In this document: piece by piece, positions 1 through 10,120 of the stretch
Layout: every line of letters starts with the position of its first letter
Position numbering within the stretch: the stretch's first letter is position 1
NCBI GenBank assembly: GCA_051252375.1
Contig: JBPOFY010000001.1
Coordinates: forward strand, 192,001-256,000
Reading direction: 5' to 3'
Source of the DNA: Opitutaceae bacterium
Lineage (GTDB): Bacteria > Verrucomicrobiota > Verrucomicrobiia > Opitutales > Coraliomargaritaceae
Length of the DNA: 64,000 nt
Notes under the pieces: generated by a model
Databases searched by the model: none
What the model was told of the DNA's origin: nothing
Seen by the model: only the letters and a program-made list of their open reading frames with translations
Made by a program: the position numbers and the translations under genes

Positions 1-439
1 CCGAAGGCACCACCGCCCAGCTCGGAGTGTGATTAATATAAACACCTGTTGCCAGCAAGATGGCCATGGCTGCGGGTAAACGCATCGGCATCGCAAACGA
101 CTGACTCAATGCCTGGCGAAACAAGGACATCGCTGACGGCAGCGTTTTGACATCATCCAATTGTTCGACGCGCTTGGTCCGGAAAAATTTAAAGCCCAAG
201 AAAAGCAATACAAAAGCCGCAAATAGATGCATCCCTGGTCGTATAAAAACCAGATAACGAGCCATCATCATTAAACCGGGGATAGCCACTAACATCCAGA
301 GCAACTGCGAAAACCAAAACGCGAAGCCAACCGCTAGCACCTGCCGCGCGTTTCCGCACACCCCCACTTTCACTAACCACACCGTCCCGGGAAATAGCGT
401 GAGTGACAAAATAAAACCTGCCGTGATACCTTCGATCAT
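1..439 (-). CDS. LysE-type membrane translocator (3' end runs off the window)
   Basis: Read manually, not in the ORF track. ATG at 439 gives MIEGITAGFILSLTLFPGTVWLVKVG...GMHLFAAFVLLFLGFKFFR, open to base 1. Hydrophobic pattern typical of the LysE superfamily; starts 1 nt after the upstream stop. Confidence 0.6.
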   Translation of the reverse strand, partial: MIEGITAGFILSLTLFPGTVWLVKVGVCGNARQVLAVGFAFWFSQLLWMLVAIPGLMMMARYLVFIRPGMHLFAAFVLLFLGFKFFRTKRVEQLDDVKTLPSAMSLFRQALSQSFAMPMRLPAAMAILLATGVYINHTPSWAVVPS

Positions 440-440
440 C

Positions 441-1601
441 TTAGTGCGATGCTGAACGGTTCGCGGCGGACAAGCGAAAGAAAAGAACACTACTCAGCGT
501 CCCAGTTAAAACCATCCATCCGATGGTCAGTGCCAAGCTAGCAGTCACCCACCCGATCAACGCTCCTAGAACGCCAAGCATCAAAAATAAAACCACGCAC
601 CATCGAGGCATTTGGTGAGTCGCGCCACGTGCTAAAGGATACAAACTGCTCGCCAACAAGACCGCGATAGCCGGCTTTAGTCCGGTGCAGACAAGAGCAG
701 CTACACTCAAAGCTAACACTGGCAAAACATACACCTGTAAGACGGAAAAGACCGCAGGCTCCAAATCGCCCGCGGGCGGCGCATAGCGTCGCCATAAATC
801 ACGATGCCACCAGCGAGCACCCAGTAATGTAAACACAAGCACGGAGAACAACCATTGCGGCATCTCCCCCAACCCTAACACAGCAGCAAGCAAACCAAGC
901 ATTAATCCCAGCGCGGTGAGCGTGTCGTAATGCACGCGCTTCACCCGAAGCGATTGATACGCTGGCATCACGAAAAAGGACGCACCCACAATCGCACTGA
1001 GCAGCACTATCAGGAGACTCAGTAAATGAAATAAGTTTTCAAATGTGCCAACCTCGAAACCAATCGCAGGCAGTGCTCCTAGGAATAGACCATTCGCCGC
1101 AAACAATCCGCAAAGCACCGTCCGCCAAGCCAGAGGCGAGAGCTGAGCCCGAGCGGTTGCCTCGTATGACTTCGCCGTATATCCGAAGCGCTGCCATTCA
1201 TGAACCAAGCCAAGCAAGGAAAACGCCCCCGGCACCCAAGCGATCAATACCGTATTCGATTCTAGCTGAACACGCGCCGAGGTCACCCCCAGCTGTCCAC
1301 GAGCCAAGCGCTCAACCAACCATGCACAGCCCATGCACGACATACCTTGAATCGAGAGCTTCACTTCCACAGGCGGCTCGGCTTCGGCGGACGTCTGTGC
1401 CGCTGCCACCCACTTACTAGAACCAGCGTCTGCCGCATCCAAAACCGGCGGCTCACCAACTCGGTCACGTAATGAATAAAACCCCTCCAACCCTTCATCT
1501 CGGATCAACCGATACACTTGTTCGCACCCACCGCAGCAGAAGTCGCCATGCCCGGTAGAATCCGGATAACGTGTGCCGCAATGTTTACAAAAGATTCGCA
1601 T
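441..1601 (-). CDS. CcoI/FixI-like heavy-metal P1B-ATPase derivative lacking catalytic domains
   Basis: N-terminal CKHCG...FCCGGC metal domain, HMA motif GMSCMGC and multiple TM helices; no TGE, CPC, DKTGT or GDGxND motifs. Confidence 0.7.
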   Translation of the reverse strand: MRIFCKHCGTRYPDSTGHGDFCCGGCEQVYRLIRDEGLEGFYSLRDRVGEPPVLDAADAGSSKWVAAAQTSAEAEPPVEVKLSIQGMSCMGCAWLVERLARGQLGVTSARVQLESNTVLIAWVPGAFSLLGLVHEWQRFGYTAKSYEATARAQLSPLAWRTVLCGLFAANGLFLGALPAIGFEVGTFENLFHLLSLLIVLLSAIVGASFFVMPAYQSLRVKRVHYDTLTALGLMLGLLAAVLGLGEMPQWLFSVLVFTLLGARWWHRDLWRRYAPPAGDLEPAVFSVLQVYVLPVLALSVAALVCTGLKPAIAVLLASSLYPLARGATHQMPRWCVVLFLMLGVLGALIGWVTASLALTIGWMVLTGTLSSVLFFRLSAANRSASH

Positions 1602-1680
1602 TCTAACGCTTGAATAGTTGGATTGGTAATTGTATTGTTAAGGAATATTAATACCTTCAATAGAGATAATTTTACTAGTT

Positions 1681-1700
1681 TAGTATTAAGCCTAATACTA
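1681..1700. promoter_or_regulatory. Perfect inverted repeat TAGTATTA-agcc-TAATACTA, candidate operator
   Basis: 8-bp arms with a 4-bp spacer, 17 nt upstream of the BLUF ATG in an AT-rich divergent promoter region. Confidence 0.45.
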
Positions 1701-1717
1701 GCATCGCAGATAACAAC

Positions 1718-2164
1718 ATGAGCAAGCCATACTATCAGTTATTGTATTGTAGCACCGCCAACCCGGAGCTGACTGAAGATGCATTGACTGAGATATTAAT
1801 GGAATCGCAAAAGCGTAATGCGAAACGCGAGATCACGGGCTTACTCTTACATTCTGACGGAAACATCATTCAAATCATCGAAGGAAAGAAAGAAGATGTC
1901 GAAGCACTCTTCGAGAAAATTGAACACGACAAACGCCATCGCGGTGTCTTTGTCCTCTCCCGTAAGGACGTCGAAAAGCGCGACTTCCCAGAATATAAAA
2001 TGGGCTTTAGGCGCCCGGAACGTGACCTCATCGAAACACAAATTCCAGGTTTTTCAGATTTCGTGGAAAGAGGCTCAATACCCGCTAATCAGTTAGATGG
2101 TCTATCTACCCTCGTCGCCACCTTCTTAAGGACTTTTGCCCGTTCGACAGGATTGGGCACCTAA
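1718..2164 (+). CDS. BLUF-domain blue-light sensor (stand-alone)
   Basis: LLYCS...IL..SQKRN...ITGLLL...IIQIIEG...DKRH...RDFPEYKMG: conserved BLUF Tyr/Asn/Gln/Met pattern. Confidence 0.92.
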   Translation: MSKPYYQLLYCSTANPELTEDALTEILMESQKRNAKREITGLLLHSDGNIIQIIEGKKEDVEALFEKIEHDKRHRGVFVLSRKDVEKRDFPEYKMGFRRPERDLIETQIPGFSDFVERGSIPANQLDGLSTLVATFLRTFARSTGLGT

Positions 2165-2220
2165 ACACAACGCTCAGCTAGACTTGAGTTATCCGCCAAG
2201 ATCATTTGGTGTAGGCTGGA

Positions 2221-3396
2221 ATGACGGAAACCAAACTTTCATTACTACGCATTTTCCTGATCTACCTGCGCTTGGGTTGCATTTCCTTTGGCGGTCCCGT
2301 GGCGCATCTCGGCTATTTTAAAGACGAGTTCGTCAACCGGAAGAAATGGTTGTCTGATGCCCGCTATAGCGAATTGCTCGGGCTTTGCCAATTCGTGCCA
2401 GGACCATCAAGCAGTCAACTGGGGTTCGCCATCGGCTGGCACAAAGGTGGCCTCCTTGGTGCATGTGCCGCGTGGCTAGGGTTCACCCTGCCGTCGGCGA
2501 TGCTGATGATCGCGTTTGCCTACGGGCTATTCGCGGTTGGCGATACCGCCAATGCATTTATCCACGGGCTATTGATCGCGGCTGTCGCAGTCGTCGCCAA
2601 CGCGGTGGTCGGTCTAGGCAAAAAACTCTGCCCCGATTTACCTCGTGTGCTCATCGCGATACTCAGCGCGGCTGTCGTATCGTTCTCGCCGAGCAGTTTG
2701 ATGCAAATTGCCACGATCCTCATCGGTGCCATGATCGGCATGTTACTTTTTAAACAATCGAACCAAGCCAACTCGAGCGAACCACACACCATCATCGCAG
2801 GCCGAGCTACAGTCGCGATCGCACTACTTCTCTATACTGGTCTGCTAGTCCTTTCCATTTGCATCAACAGTAGTGACCACGACTCGATCTACGCGGTGCA
2901 TTACCAAGCTGGGGCTTTGGTCTTTGGTGGCGGCCATGTTGTGCTGCCACTCCTGCAGGAAGGGCTCGTCCCCAACCTCATGACAGAGTCCAACTTCCTC
3001 GCGGGCTACAGCGCCGCCCAAGCTCTACCGGGCCCGCTGTTTACTTTCTCTGCGTTCCTCGGCACGACCGGCAGCACAAACGCGCCAAGCGCACTCGCGG
3101 GCCTTGGCACACTGATCGCAATTTTCCTTCCCGGCATGCTGCTCCTCATCGGCATTCTTCCGTTCTGGAATCGCTTACGGCAACGGGTATGGGCTCAAGC
3201 TGGTTTGCTCGGTGCCAACGCAGCCGTCGTCGGCTTACTCCTCGCCGCATTCATCAATCCCGTCTGGCCGCATGGCATCCACAGATGGAGCGATTTCGCG
3301 ATCGCCGCTGCGGCTTTTATTGCACTCTACCGCTTTAAAGCGCCCGCATGGCTGACTGTGCTCAGCTGCGGAGTGCTCGGATTCATTGTCAGTTGA
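2221..3396 (+). CDS. chrA: Chromate efflux transporter (long-chain CHR family)
   Basis: SFGGPVAHLGYF, QFVPGPSSSQ and second-half LVFGGGHVVLPLL...AQALPGP motifs. Confidence 0.92.
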   Translation: MTETKLSLLRIFLIYLRLGCISFGGPVAHLGYFKDEFVNRKKWLSDARYSELLGLCQFVPGPSSSQLGFAIGWHKGGLLGACAAWLGFTLPSAMLMIAFAYGLFAVGDTANAFIHGLLIAAVAVVANAVVGLGKKLCPDLPRVLIAILSAAVVSFSPSSLMQIATILIGAMIGMLLFKQSNQANSSEPHTIIAGRATVAIALLLYTGLLVLSICINSSDHDSIYAVHYQAGALVFGGGHVVLPLLQEGLVPNLMTESNFLAGYSAAQALPGPLFTFSAFLGTTGSTNAPSALAGLGTLIAIFLPGMLLLIGILPFWNRLRQRVWAQAGLLGANAAVVGLLLAAFINPVWPHGIHRWSDFAIAAAAFIALYRFKAPAWLTVLSCGVLGFIVS

Positions 3397-3423
3397 GATA
3401 TCTCGAAACTGACCGTCGCGACC

Positions 3424-4533
3424 CTAGATTGCCTCTGAGAAAGCTCTCAACTGTGCAATCACAGTTGAGAGGTTCAATGTCTCGCTGCGATTGCCTTTCA
3501 ACTGCCCCACTCGGTCAGCAACATTCTCAACCGAGAGCCCTTTGCGGATACCGTATAGTTCAGGCGTCTTTAATATAAAGGCAGCAATATCCTCCACATC
3601 CTCCAGACGGTCACTCAATGCCGGAACATTCAAAGTCTCCAGAGAAAGCTTAAAATAGAGCGACTCATCCATTTCCCCGCTTGCCAACAACTCATCTAAG
3701 CACACGTCCGAAAGAACAATTAGATGCACTTCAGCAAGTAGTGCGTCATAATTTTCAGCGACTGCATGCTGGAGACTCAGCGGCAAAGCCTCGATGTTAT
3801 GAATAATTAAGGTGCCGTTTTTAGCGAGCCCGATCATATCGCCGAAGACACCGTCTTCAGAAATCAACGAACGCGACATTTCCTCCGGCGTTTCATTCTG
3901 ACAAAAACATTCCACACAGACACTGTCCCCATACACTCCCTCTAGATGCAACAGTGCGGCAATCTGCGACTTCCCCGAACCAACCGGACCACTAATCAAC
4001 AAGGGGCTCGATGAGTGGAGCAGACCAGCCACTTCATCGCGCAACTTCTGGCACGGTGCGCTATGCCCCACAAGCGGCAGGCATTCATCCATTCGATTTG
4101 TAAGCGCCACGCCCTTGATCGCTTCGCGGCGACCACGATAACGCTCCAGACTGACAATGGCACGATTGATCAAAGCCTGTGGTGTAATCGGCTTCGTCAT
4201 AACTGGTGACAACTCGTTGCTCTGCACATAAGCCATCACTTCCGGAGTGGGTGAACCACTGACAATAATCACCTCCACATCGGGGTCCAATTCACGTAGC
4301 TCTGTCGCCAAATCCAAGCCACTCATCGGCTCCATTATGTAATCGGTGATAACGAGCCGATACCGCTTATCTTTAAACTTCTCCAGTGCCTCCTCTCCCG
4401 AAGCAGCCATCTCCAATGAACCATCTAACTGGGAACAGGCGGCGGCGATCATACGGCGATCAACAGAACTATCGTCAACGACGAGAATACTGATTTCGTT
4501 TTGAGATGAAGCAGCCGTAACTTGCTCGTCCAT
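3424..4533 (-). CDS. Response regulator with degenerate sigma-54-activator-like AAA+ domain
   Basis: REC domain (VVDD, ITDYIM, KP) plus Walker A GPVGSGKS and VPALSDRLEDV; no GAFTGA, altered Walker B. Confidence 0.75.
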   Translation of the reverse strand: MDEQVTAASSQNEISILVVDDSSVDRRMIAAACSQLDGSLEMAASGEEALEKFKDKRYRLVITDYIMEPMSGLDLATELRELDPDVEVIIVSGSPTPEVMAYVQSNELSPVMTKPITPQALINRAIVSLERYRGRREAIKGVALTNRMDECLPLVGHSAPCQKLRDEVAGLLHSSSPLLISGPVGSGKSQIAALLHLEGVYGDSVCVECFCQNETPEEMSRSLISEDGVFGDMIGLAKNGTLIIHNIEALPLSLQHAVAENYDALLAEVHLIVLSDVCLDELLASGEMDESLYFKLSLETLNVPALSDRLEDVEDIAAFILKTPELYGIRKGLSVENVADRVGQLKGNRSETLNLSTVIAQLRAFSEAI

Positions 4534-4823
4534 GAGGTCTATCAGATTGAGGTAGTTGAAGCGACAATCACGTATGCGGCTCCAAGAATTTATAGGGTAA
4601 TTTATGAATTAAATTTCCGGCAACAGCACCTACCAAAAATTCCATTCAATATATAACTGATAAATACCTCAGCGATCTAGGTAAAGCCATCTCTGAAAAA
4701 TACGCAGATATTAACTCATCGCTTACACTCAGTTAACTATAATGAATGCCGCCAATAATTGCTGCGACTTTAGCACCTACCCGATTCAATGAAACGAAGC
4801 GTCGCGCGCGCAGACAAGCGCAC

Positions 4824-6881
4824 TTACGCTGGCGCAGGGGCTTCACTTCCAGCTAAACCACCTTTATCATCATCCTCTTTGGCCTTTTTCTCAGCTTCAG
4901 TTTCAGAGGCTTCCTCTTCTTCTGGCTCAGGATCGGCTATGATTCGCTTCACGATCGGCGAGCGCATTTCACCATGCTTAATGATCTCCAGAACATGTTT
5001 TCCATCAATGGTTTCATGCTCAATGAGTGCCTCCGCAATCGTATCCAGCGCACTTCGGTGTCCATTTAAAATTTCAAGCGCACGCGCATACTGTTCTTGA
5101 ATTAAATCATGAACAAGTGAATCAATCTTCTGGGCGGTCTCTTCGCTATAATTCTTACTCGCGACCCCACCATGACCCATATAGCCACCGCTCTGACTTT
5201 CGCCAAGTGCGACCATACCAAGCTCGGACATACCCCAATCACAAACCATGTGACGGGCTGTCTTCGTAGCCATTCGGATATCGCCTGAAGCGCCGCTAGT
5301 CACATCGCCCATGACAATCTCTTCGGCAGCGCGTCCACCCATCGTGCAGCAAATATCATTGATCAAACGACGCTTGGAGTGGTTCAAGAGATCTTTCTTC
5401 GGCATGAACATGGTCGAACCAAGACTTTGACCGCGCGGAATAATCGTCACCTTGTGAACAGGCATATGCCCGTCATCCACGATGCCTTGAATCAAAGCGT
5501 GACCCGCCTCGTGAAAAGCGGTGATCTTGCGATCCTCGTCATCCATCAACTTGCGGCGCTCACGACCAAAGGAAATCTTATCGCGCGCCTCATCGAGATC
5601 ATCCATCTCGACAACTTTTTTATTGTAACGAGCTGCAATCAACGCGCCTTCATTCAGAAGATTCGCAAGGTCTGCACCGGAAAATCCGGGTGTATTACGT
5701 GCTACAAACTCCAGATTCACCTCTTCAGAGAGCGCGATCTTCTTAGCATGCACCAAGAGAATTTCATGGCGGCCATTCAGGTCGGGTAGATCAATCGTCA
5801 CTTGACGGTCGAAACGACCTGGGCGCAGTAGCGCGTTATCCAAAACATCTGGGCGATTGGTCGCAGCAATGATGATAACACCTTCGTGCCCATCAAAACC
5901 ATCCATCTCGACGAGGAGCGAATTAAGCGTTTGTTCACGCTCGTCATTTCCGCCGCCCACACCGGAGCCACGTTGACGGCCGACCGCGTCGATCTCGTCG
6001 ATAAAAACAATACACGGTGCATTCTTACGTCCTTGCTCGAACATATCTCGAACACGCGCAGCACCAACACCGACAAACATTTCCACGAAATCGGAGCCAC
6101 TAATCGAAAAGAATGGAACGTCGGCTTCGCCCGCAACAGCCTTAGCCAGCAGCGTCTTACCTGTGCCCGGAGGGCCCACCATCAACACACCTCGAGGGAT
6201 GCGTCCGCCAATACGTTGAAATTTCTTTGGGTCTTTCAGGAAATCGACCACTTCACTGACTTCCTCTTTGGCCTCATCGCAACCGGCAACATCCTTGAAT
6301 GTCAGCGCGCCTTTTTCACGAGTCAGCATCTTTGCCTTGCTCTTACCAAAGCTCATCGCACCACGACCGGCGCTCTTCAGTTGGCGAACAAATAGGAAAT
6401 AAAGCAGCCCGATAATCAGCAAAAATGGCAAAAAGCTAATGAGCACATCTTGAAGCCCTGTGCTTGCACGCTTCTCTTGCAAGACTTCACGGACGAGTAA
6501 GAAATCTTCCGTAGTCAAGCGACCGCGGGAAGTGAAACGAACCTTCGCAGGTGTATCGGTAGGAATCGTGACGCCTTCTTCAGGATATTCCAACACCGGG
6601 TTTTTCATCTCACCGGAAATCACATAACCGTCGCGACCATAAGATGGGTCGGGCTCCATATAGCCATCGCCCTCGACAATCATGCCGTCTTTAACCGCTT
6701 CGATCAACTCGCTGATGGTCAACTTTTGCACGTTCGAACCTGCACCTGGATTTGCAAACCAGATAGTGAGAATCGCTGCGACGATCAACAAATAGATGAT
6801 CAGCACTTTGGGCTGAAAGCGTTGCGGTGGTCCGTTGCGACCGGAGTCGTTATTCTGTGGCGTTTTGTTCTCTGAGGACAT
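4824..6881 (-). CDS. ftsH: ATP-dependent zinc metalloprotease FtsH
   Basis: Two TM helices, [20 protein letters not shown] motif [14 protein letters not shown]. Confidence 0.98.
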   Translation of the reverse strand: MSSENKTPQNNDSGRNGPPQRFQPKVLIIYLLIVAAILTIWFANPGAGSNVQKLTISELIEAVKDGMIVEGDGYMEPDPSYGRDGYVISGEMKNPVLEYPEEGVTIPTDTPAKVRFTSRGRLTTEDFLLVREVLQEKRASTGLQDVLISFLPFLLIIGLLYFLFVRQLKSAGRGAMSFGKSKAKMLTREKGALTFKDVAGCDEAKEEVSEVVDFLKDPKKFQRIGGRIPRGVLMVGPPGTGKTLLAKAVAGEADVPFFSISGSDFVEMFVGVGAARVRDMFEQGRKNAPCIVFIDEIDAVGRQRGSGVGGGNDEREQTLNSLLVEMDGFDGHEGVIIIAATNRPDVLDNALLRPGRFDRQVTIDLPDLNGRHEILLVHAKKIALSEEVNLEFVARNTPGFSGADLANLLNEGALIAARYNKKVVEMDDLDEARDKISFGRERRKLMDDEDRKITAFHEAGHALIQGIVDDGHMPVHKVTIIPRGQSLGSTMFMPKKDLLNHSKRRLINDICCTMGGRAAEEIVMGDVTSGASGDIRMATKTARHMVCDWGMSELGMVALGESQSGGYMGHGGVASKNYSEETAQKIDSLVHDLIQEQYARALEILNGHRSALDTIAEALIEHETIDGKHVLEIIKHGEMRSPIVKRIIADPEPEEEEASETEAEKKAKEDDDKGGLAGSEAPAPA

Positions 6882-8347
6882 TAGGCGAGTGAAGTTGGGT
6901 TTCTAGTCCGGTAAGTCAATCTAAGAGCCAATTTCGTGGCAGGGCTCAATTTCATGGTGTCCGCGGGGGGAAACCCGGGGACCCAGATGATTTTACCGGA
7001 GCTGGTGCTGACAACTGGTAGCTGTTTTCGTTCCCTTTGTGGAATATAGCGGTCGATAAACCAATCTTTTAGCTTTTTAGAGCCCGGTGCGCCGATCGGA
7101 TGAAAACGATCACCCGGCTGCCAAGACCTCACCTCGAAGGTCGAATCTTTCGGTGGCACGATGTAAGCCTCCGCACCCTGATCAATGGCTCCAGATAAAA
7201 TCTTTGCGCTCAACACCTCGTCCACCTCGATCAACTCCAGACCCATAATAGCACCCGTTGCCAACATAAGCGACGTGCCCGGCTCTAGCGATGAGGACTC
7301 TAGGCCTCGAACGACCTCTGCATCTGAGGCTCGCTCGATCAACAGCTGCTCGCCCTCGAAAAGAATATAATCAGACCCCACGCTCATACGGTGGCGCTTC
7401 TTCTGCCCATAAACGGCATCGAGCAACACATCCATAGCCGGTCCACTCACAGACGATAACAGCTGATGATGACTCAACCAAGCAGACAAGGCACGGCGTG
7501 TGATGGCACGCGGACAGGCCTTCAAAGCACCGCGAGCCAACTGCGACTTTGCAGAATAAGCATCCGGCAAATGCTCGCGAGCTACCGACTCCAAGGCGCG
7601 GGCATCTTCCTCGATCAATCTACGCGCCCGCGCGGCGCCCGCAACCGGGTCACGATCCAAAGCCTCAATCAACTCAGGAATCACTCTGCCACGTAGCGCA
7701 TTGCGCGCAATCGACTGGTCGTCGTTCGAAGCGTCCTTTTTTGACGGTATTTCGGCTGCATTTAATGCCATCCGAATATCTCCAGAACGCAGATTGAGCA
7801 GAGGACGCACATGCGGCGGCAAACCATCAAACCGCGCAATCGGTCTTGGCGCAGCCAAACCATCGGTCCCGCTGCCACGTGCGATCCGTTGCAACTGCGT
7901 CTCCAAAATATCATCCATCTGATGCCCCAACGCGATACAGTGGCATCGATGCTCCGCCGCCGCTTCACGCAAAAAATCTAGCCTTAGCGCCCGCGCAGTC
8001 GTCTCCGTAAAGGCCGCTTCATTTTCTGGTCGCACACCCACGACATAAGGTAAGTCGAGCACCTTGGCGATTGCTGCGACGAAGGCAGCATCTTCGTCGG
8101 ACGCCTCTCCACGCCAACGATGGTTGTAATGCGCAACCACAAGCTCCAAGCCCAACACATCGGCTCGTCCAGCCAGCAATAAAAGTAACAAGATCGAATC
8201 CGGACCACCGGAACAGGCCACCAACACCCGCTCCGTTTTCACACGCCGCAAAAAAGCTTCCACCTCGGGCACAAATGCATCGCCAAAGCGTTCGCTCAGT
8301 TGCCCGATAACCACAGGCCAATCGATTTTATCTAAATCTTCTGACAT
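6881..8347 (-). CDS. tilS: tRNA(Ile)-lysidine synthetase
   Basis: PP-loop SGGPDS, HYNHRWR, GHQMDD, C-terminal GSKKLKDWFID; stop overlaps the ftsH start (TAATG). Confidence 0.95.
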   Translation of the reverse strand: MSEDLDKIDWPVVIGQLSERFGDAFVPEVEAFLRRVKTERVLVACSGGPDSILLLLLLAGRADVLGLELVVAHYNHRWRGEASDEDAAFVAAIAKVLDLPYVVGVRPENEAAFTETTARALRLDFLREAAAEHRCHCIALGHQMDDILETQLQRIARGSGTDGLAAPRPIARFDGLPPHVRPLLNLRSGDIRMALNAAEIPSKKDASNDDQSIARNALRGRVIPELIEALDRDPVAGAARARRLIEEDARALESVAREHLPDAYSAKSQLARGALKACPRAITRRALSAWLSHHQLLSSVSGPAMDVLLDAVYGQKKRHRMSVGSDYILFEGEQLLIERASDAEVVRGLESSSLEPGTSLMLATGAIMGLELIEVDEVLSAKILSGAIDQGAEAYIVPPKDSTFEVRSWQPGDRFHPIGAPGSKKLKDWFIDRYIPQRERKQLPVVSTSSGKIIWVPGFPPADTMKLSPATKLALRLTYRTRNPTSLA

Positions 8348-8450
8348 CCAGATAGACTATCGCGCAAAATATAAAAGCGGTGCAAGCGGGAAGGCATACA
8401 TAAGAAAAGAGTTTACCCCACCCACTTCTATATAAATACAGGAGGCACAC

Positions 8451-9539
8451 ATGGATAGCGCTCTTTTCGATTACCATTTACCCGCAGAATGCATCGCCCA
8501 GGAACCGGCAGTCACTCGTGACGCCTCGCGCCTGATGGTGGTCAACCGTGCCGACCGCACAGTCACCCACACCCATTTCGCCGCCATCGGAGAGCATTTA
8601 CCGAACAACGCGCGCCTCTTTCGCAACAACGCAGCCGTGCTCAAGGCTCGGATATTCGGCGCCCGCCCCACTGGCGGCAAAGTCGAATGCCTATTGCTTC
8701 AGCCAGCCGAAGACGCCGTAACTTGGTGGTGTCTGCTTAAACCGGGTAAAAAGACTTTCCAAGGCGGTCAGTTCGGGGTCGAAGGCGAATACACCGCCGA
8801 AGTCCTAGAAGCCGGCAGCAACGGCAACTATCGCGTGCGCTTCCACCCCGTGCGCGACGAGTCTGTCACCGATCTTTCCGAGCGCCTCGGCATCATGCCG
8901 CTACCGCCCTACATCGAACGCAGCGCCAACGACCCGCGTCAGACTGACGACAACGAGCGCTACCAGACCGTTTATGCCGACTACGACAAACGTGTCGCAG
9001 TCGCCGCTCCCACAGCCGGACTCCACTTCACCCCCGAACTGATCACTGAACTGACCGCCAGCGGCACGACTTTCCACGACCTCACCCTGCAAGTCGGGAT
9101 CGGCACCTTTCACCCGATCCAAGTCGATCAAATCGAAGCGCACAACATCCACCGTGAGTGGTATGAAATACCAGCAAACGCCTTCCGCACACTTCAAAAC
9201 CCCGATCCCGGCCCTCGCATCGCCGTCGGCACCACCTCCGTGCGTTCAATTGAGGACGCCATGCGACGCACACAAAGCGCGCCCGAAACCTGCCTCACCC
9301 CTTCGGGTTCCGTCCAGGCAGAAGCAGACATTTTCATTTTTCCACCCGCGCAATTTGCGGCAGTCGATGGTCTGATTACTAATTTTCACCTGCCAAAATC
9401 GACACTCTTGTGCCTTGTTTCCGCCTTCCTCACTCCCGGGTCGGAAGATGGCATTCCTTGGTTAATGGAACTTTACGCCGAAGCCATTGCACACAAGTAT
9501 CGATTTTATAGCTATGGGGATGCAATGCTCATCCTCTAG
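8451..9539 (+). CDS. queA: S-adenosylmethionine:tRNA ribosyltransferase-isomerase
   Basis: FDYHLP..IAQEP, PLPPYI, AAPTAGLHFT, TNFHLPKSTL, YRFYSYGDAMLI. Confidence 0.97.
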   Translation: MDSALFDYHLPAECIAQEPAVTRDASRLMVVNRADRTVTHTHFAAIGEHLPNNARLFRNNAAVLKARIFGARPTGGKVECLLLQPAEDAVTWWCLLKPGKKTFQGGQFGVEGEYTAEVLEAGSNGNYRVRFHPVRDESVTDLSERLGIMPLPPYIERSANDPRQTDDNERYQTVYADYDKRVAVAAPTAGLHFTPELITELTASGTTFHDLTLQVGIGTFHPIQVDQIEAHNIHREWYEIPANAFRTLQNPDPGPRIAVGTTSVRSIEDAMRRTQSAPETCLTPSGSVQAEADIFIFPPAQFAAVDGLITNFHLPKSTLLCLVSAFLTPGSEDGIPWLMELYAEAIAHKYRFYSYGDAMLIL

Positions 9540-9592
9540 AATCTGACTTTATTAAATAAATTTTGGAATAAGCGCACCGACGGACAACTCAA

Positions 9593-10117
9593 ATGGACAC
9601 TGACATACCATCAACATTCGAAGACATCGTGAGTGCTTACTACCAGCCGCTCTATCGTTTTGGCTATAGCCTGGCTAAAAACGAGCACGAGGCGGGCGAC
9701 CTTGCCCAGCAAACCTTTTTCATCTACGCCGAGAAAGGAAGTTCTTTGCGCGATCGATCCAAGGTCAAATCTTGGCTCTTCACCACACTTTATCGCGAGT
9801 TTTTGCGTCGCCGCCGCAAGGACGGTCGCATGGACCACTACGAACCGGAAATGCTGGAAGCCGTCGGCGGTTCCGTCGAGCCACACATCCGCCGCACCGC
9901 AGATGCCAACCTCGCCGTCGAAGCGCTTGACGAGGTCGACGAAGTTTACCGCCAACCACTTTCCCTCTTTTACATGAAAGATCTCTCCTACAAAGAGATC
10001 GCCGAAGTTCTGGATGTGCCCATCGGCACGATCATGTCACGCCTCTCCAGGGGCAAAGCCCAACTCCGCGATATTTTCAAACGCAAGGAAACTGAAACTT
10101 CCGAAAACGCCCTTTAA
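9593..10117 (+). CDS. ECF-family RNA polymerase sigma factor
   Basis: Region 2 (AGDLAQQTF...KSWLFT) and region 4 (LSYKEIAEVLDVPIGTIMSRLSRG). Confidence 0.93.
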   Translation: MDTDIPSTFEDIVSAYYQPLYRFGYSLAKNEHEAGDLAQQTFFIYAEKGSSLRDRSKVKSWLFTTLYREFLRRRRKDGRMDHYEPEMLEAVGGSVEPHIRRTADANLAVEALDEVDEVYRQPLSLFYMKDLSYKEIAEVLDVPIGTIMSRLSRGKAQLRDIFKRKETETSENAL

Positions 10118-10120
10118 GCC

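Noticed and set aside
189..380. 63-aa ORF from the track
   Set aside because: Overlaps the better-supported LysE-type frame (1-439) on the same strand.
9565..9593. Autoregulatory ECF promoter GGAATAA-N17-TCAAA
   Set aside because: The putative -10 element overlaps the start codon, so the geometry does not work for this ATG.
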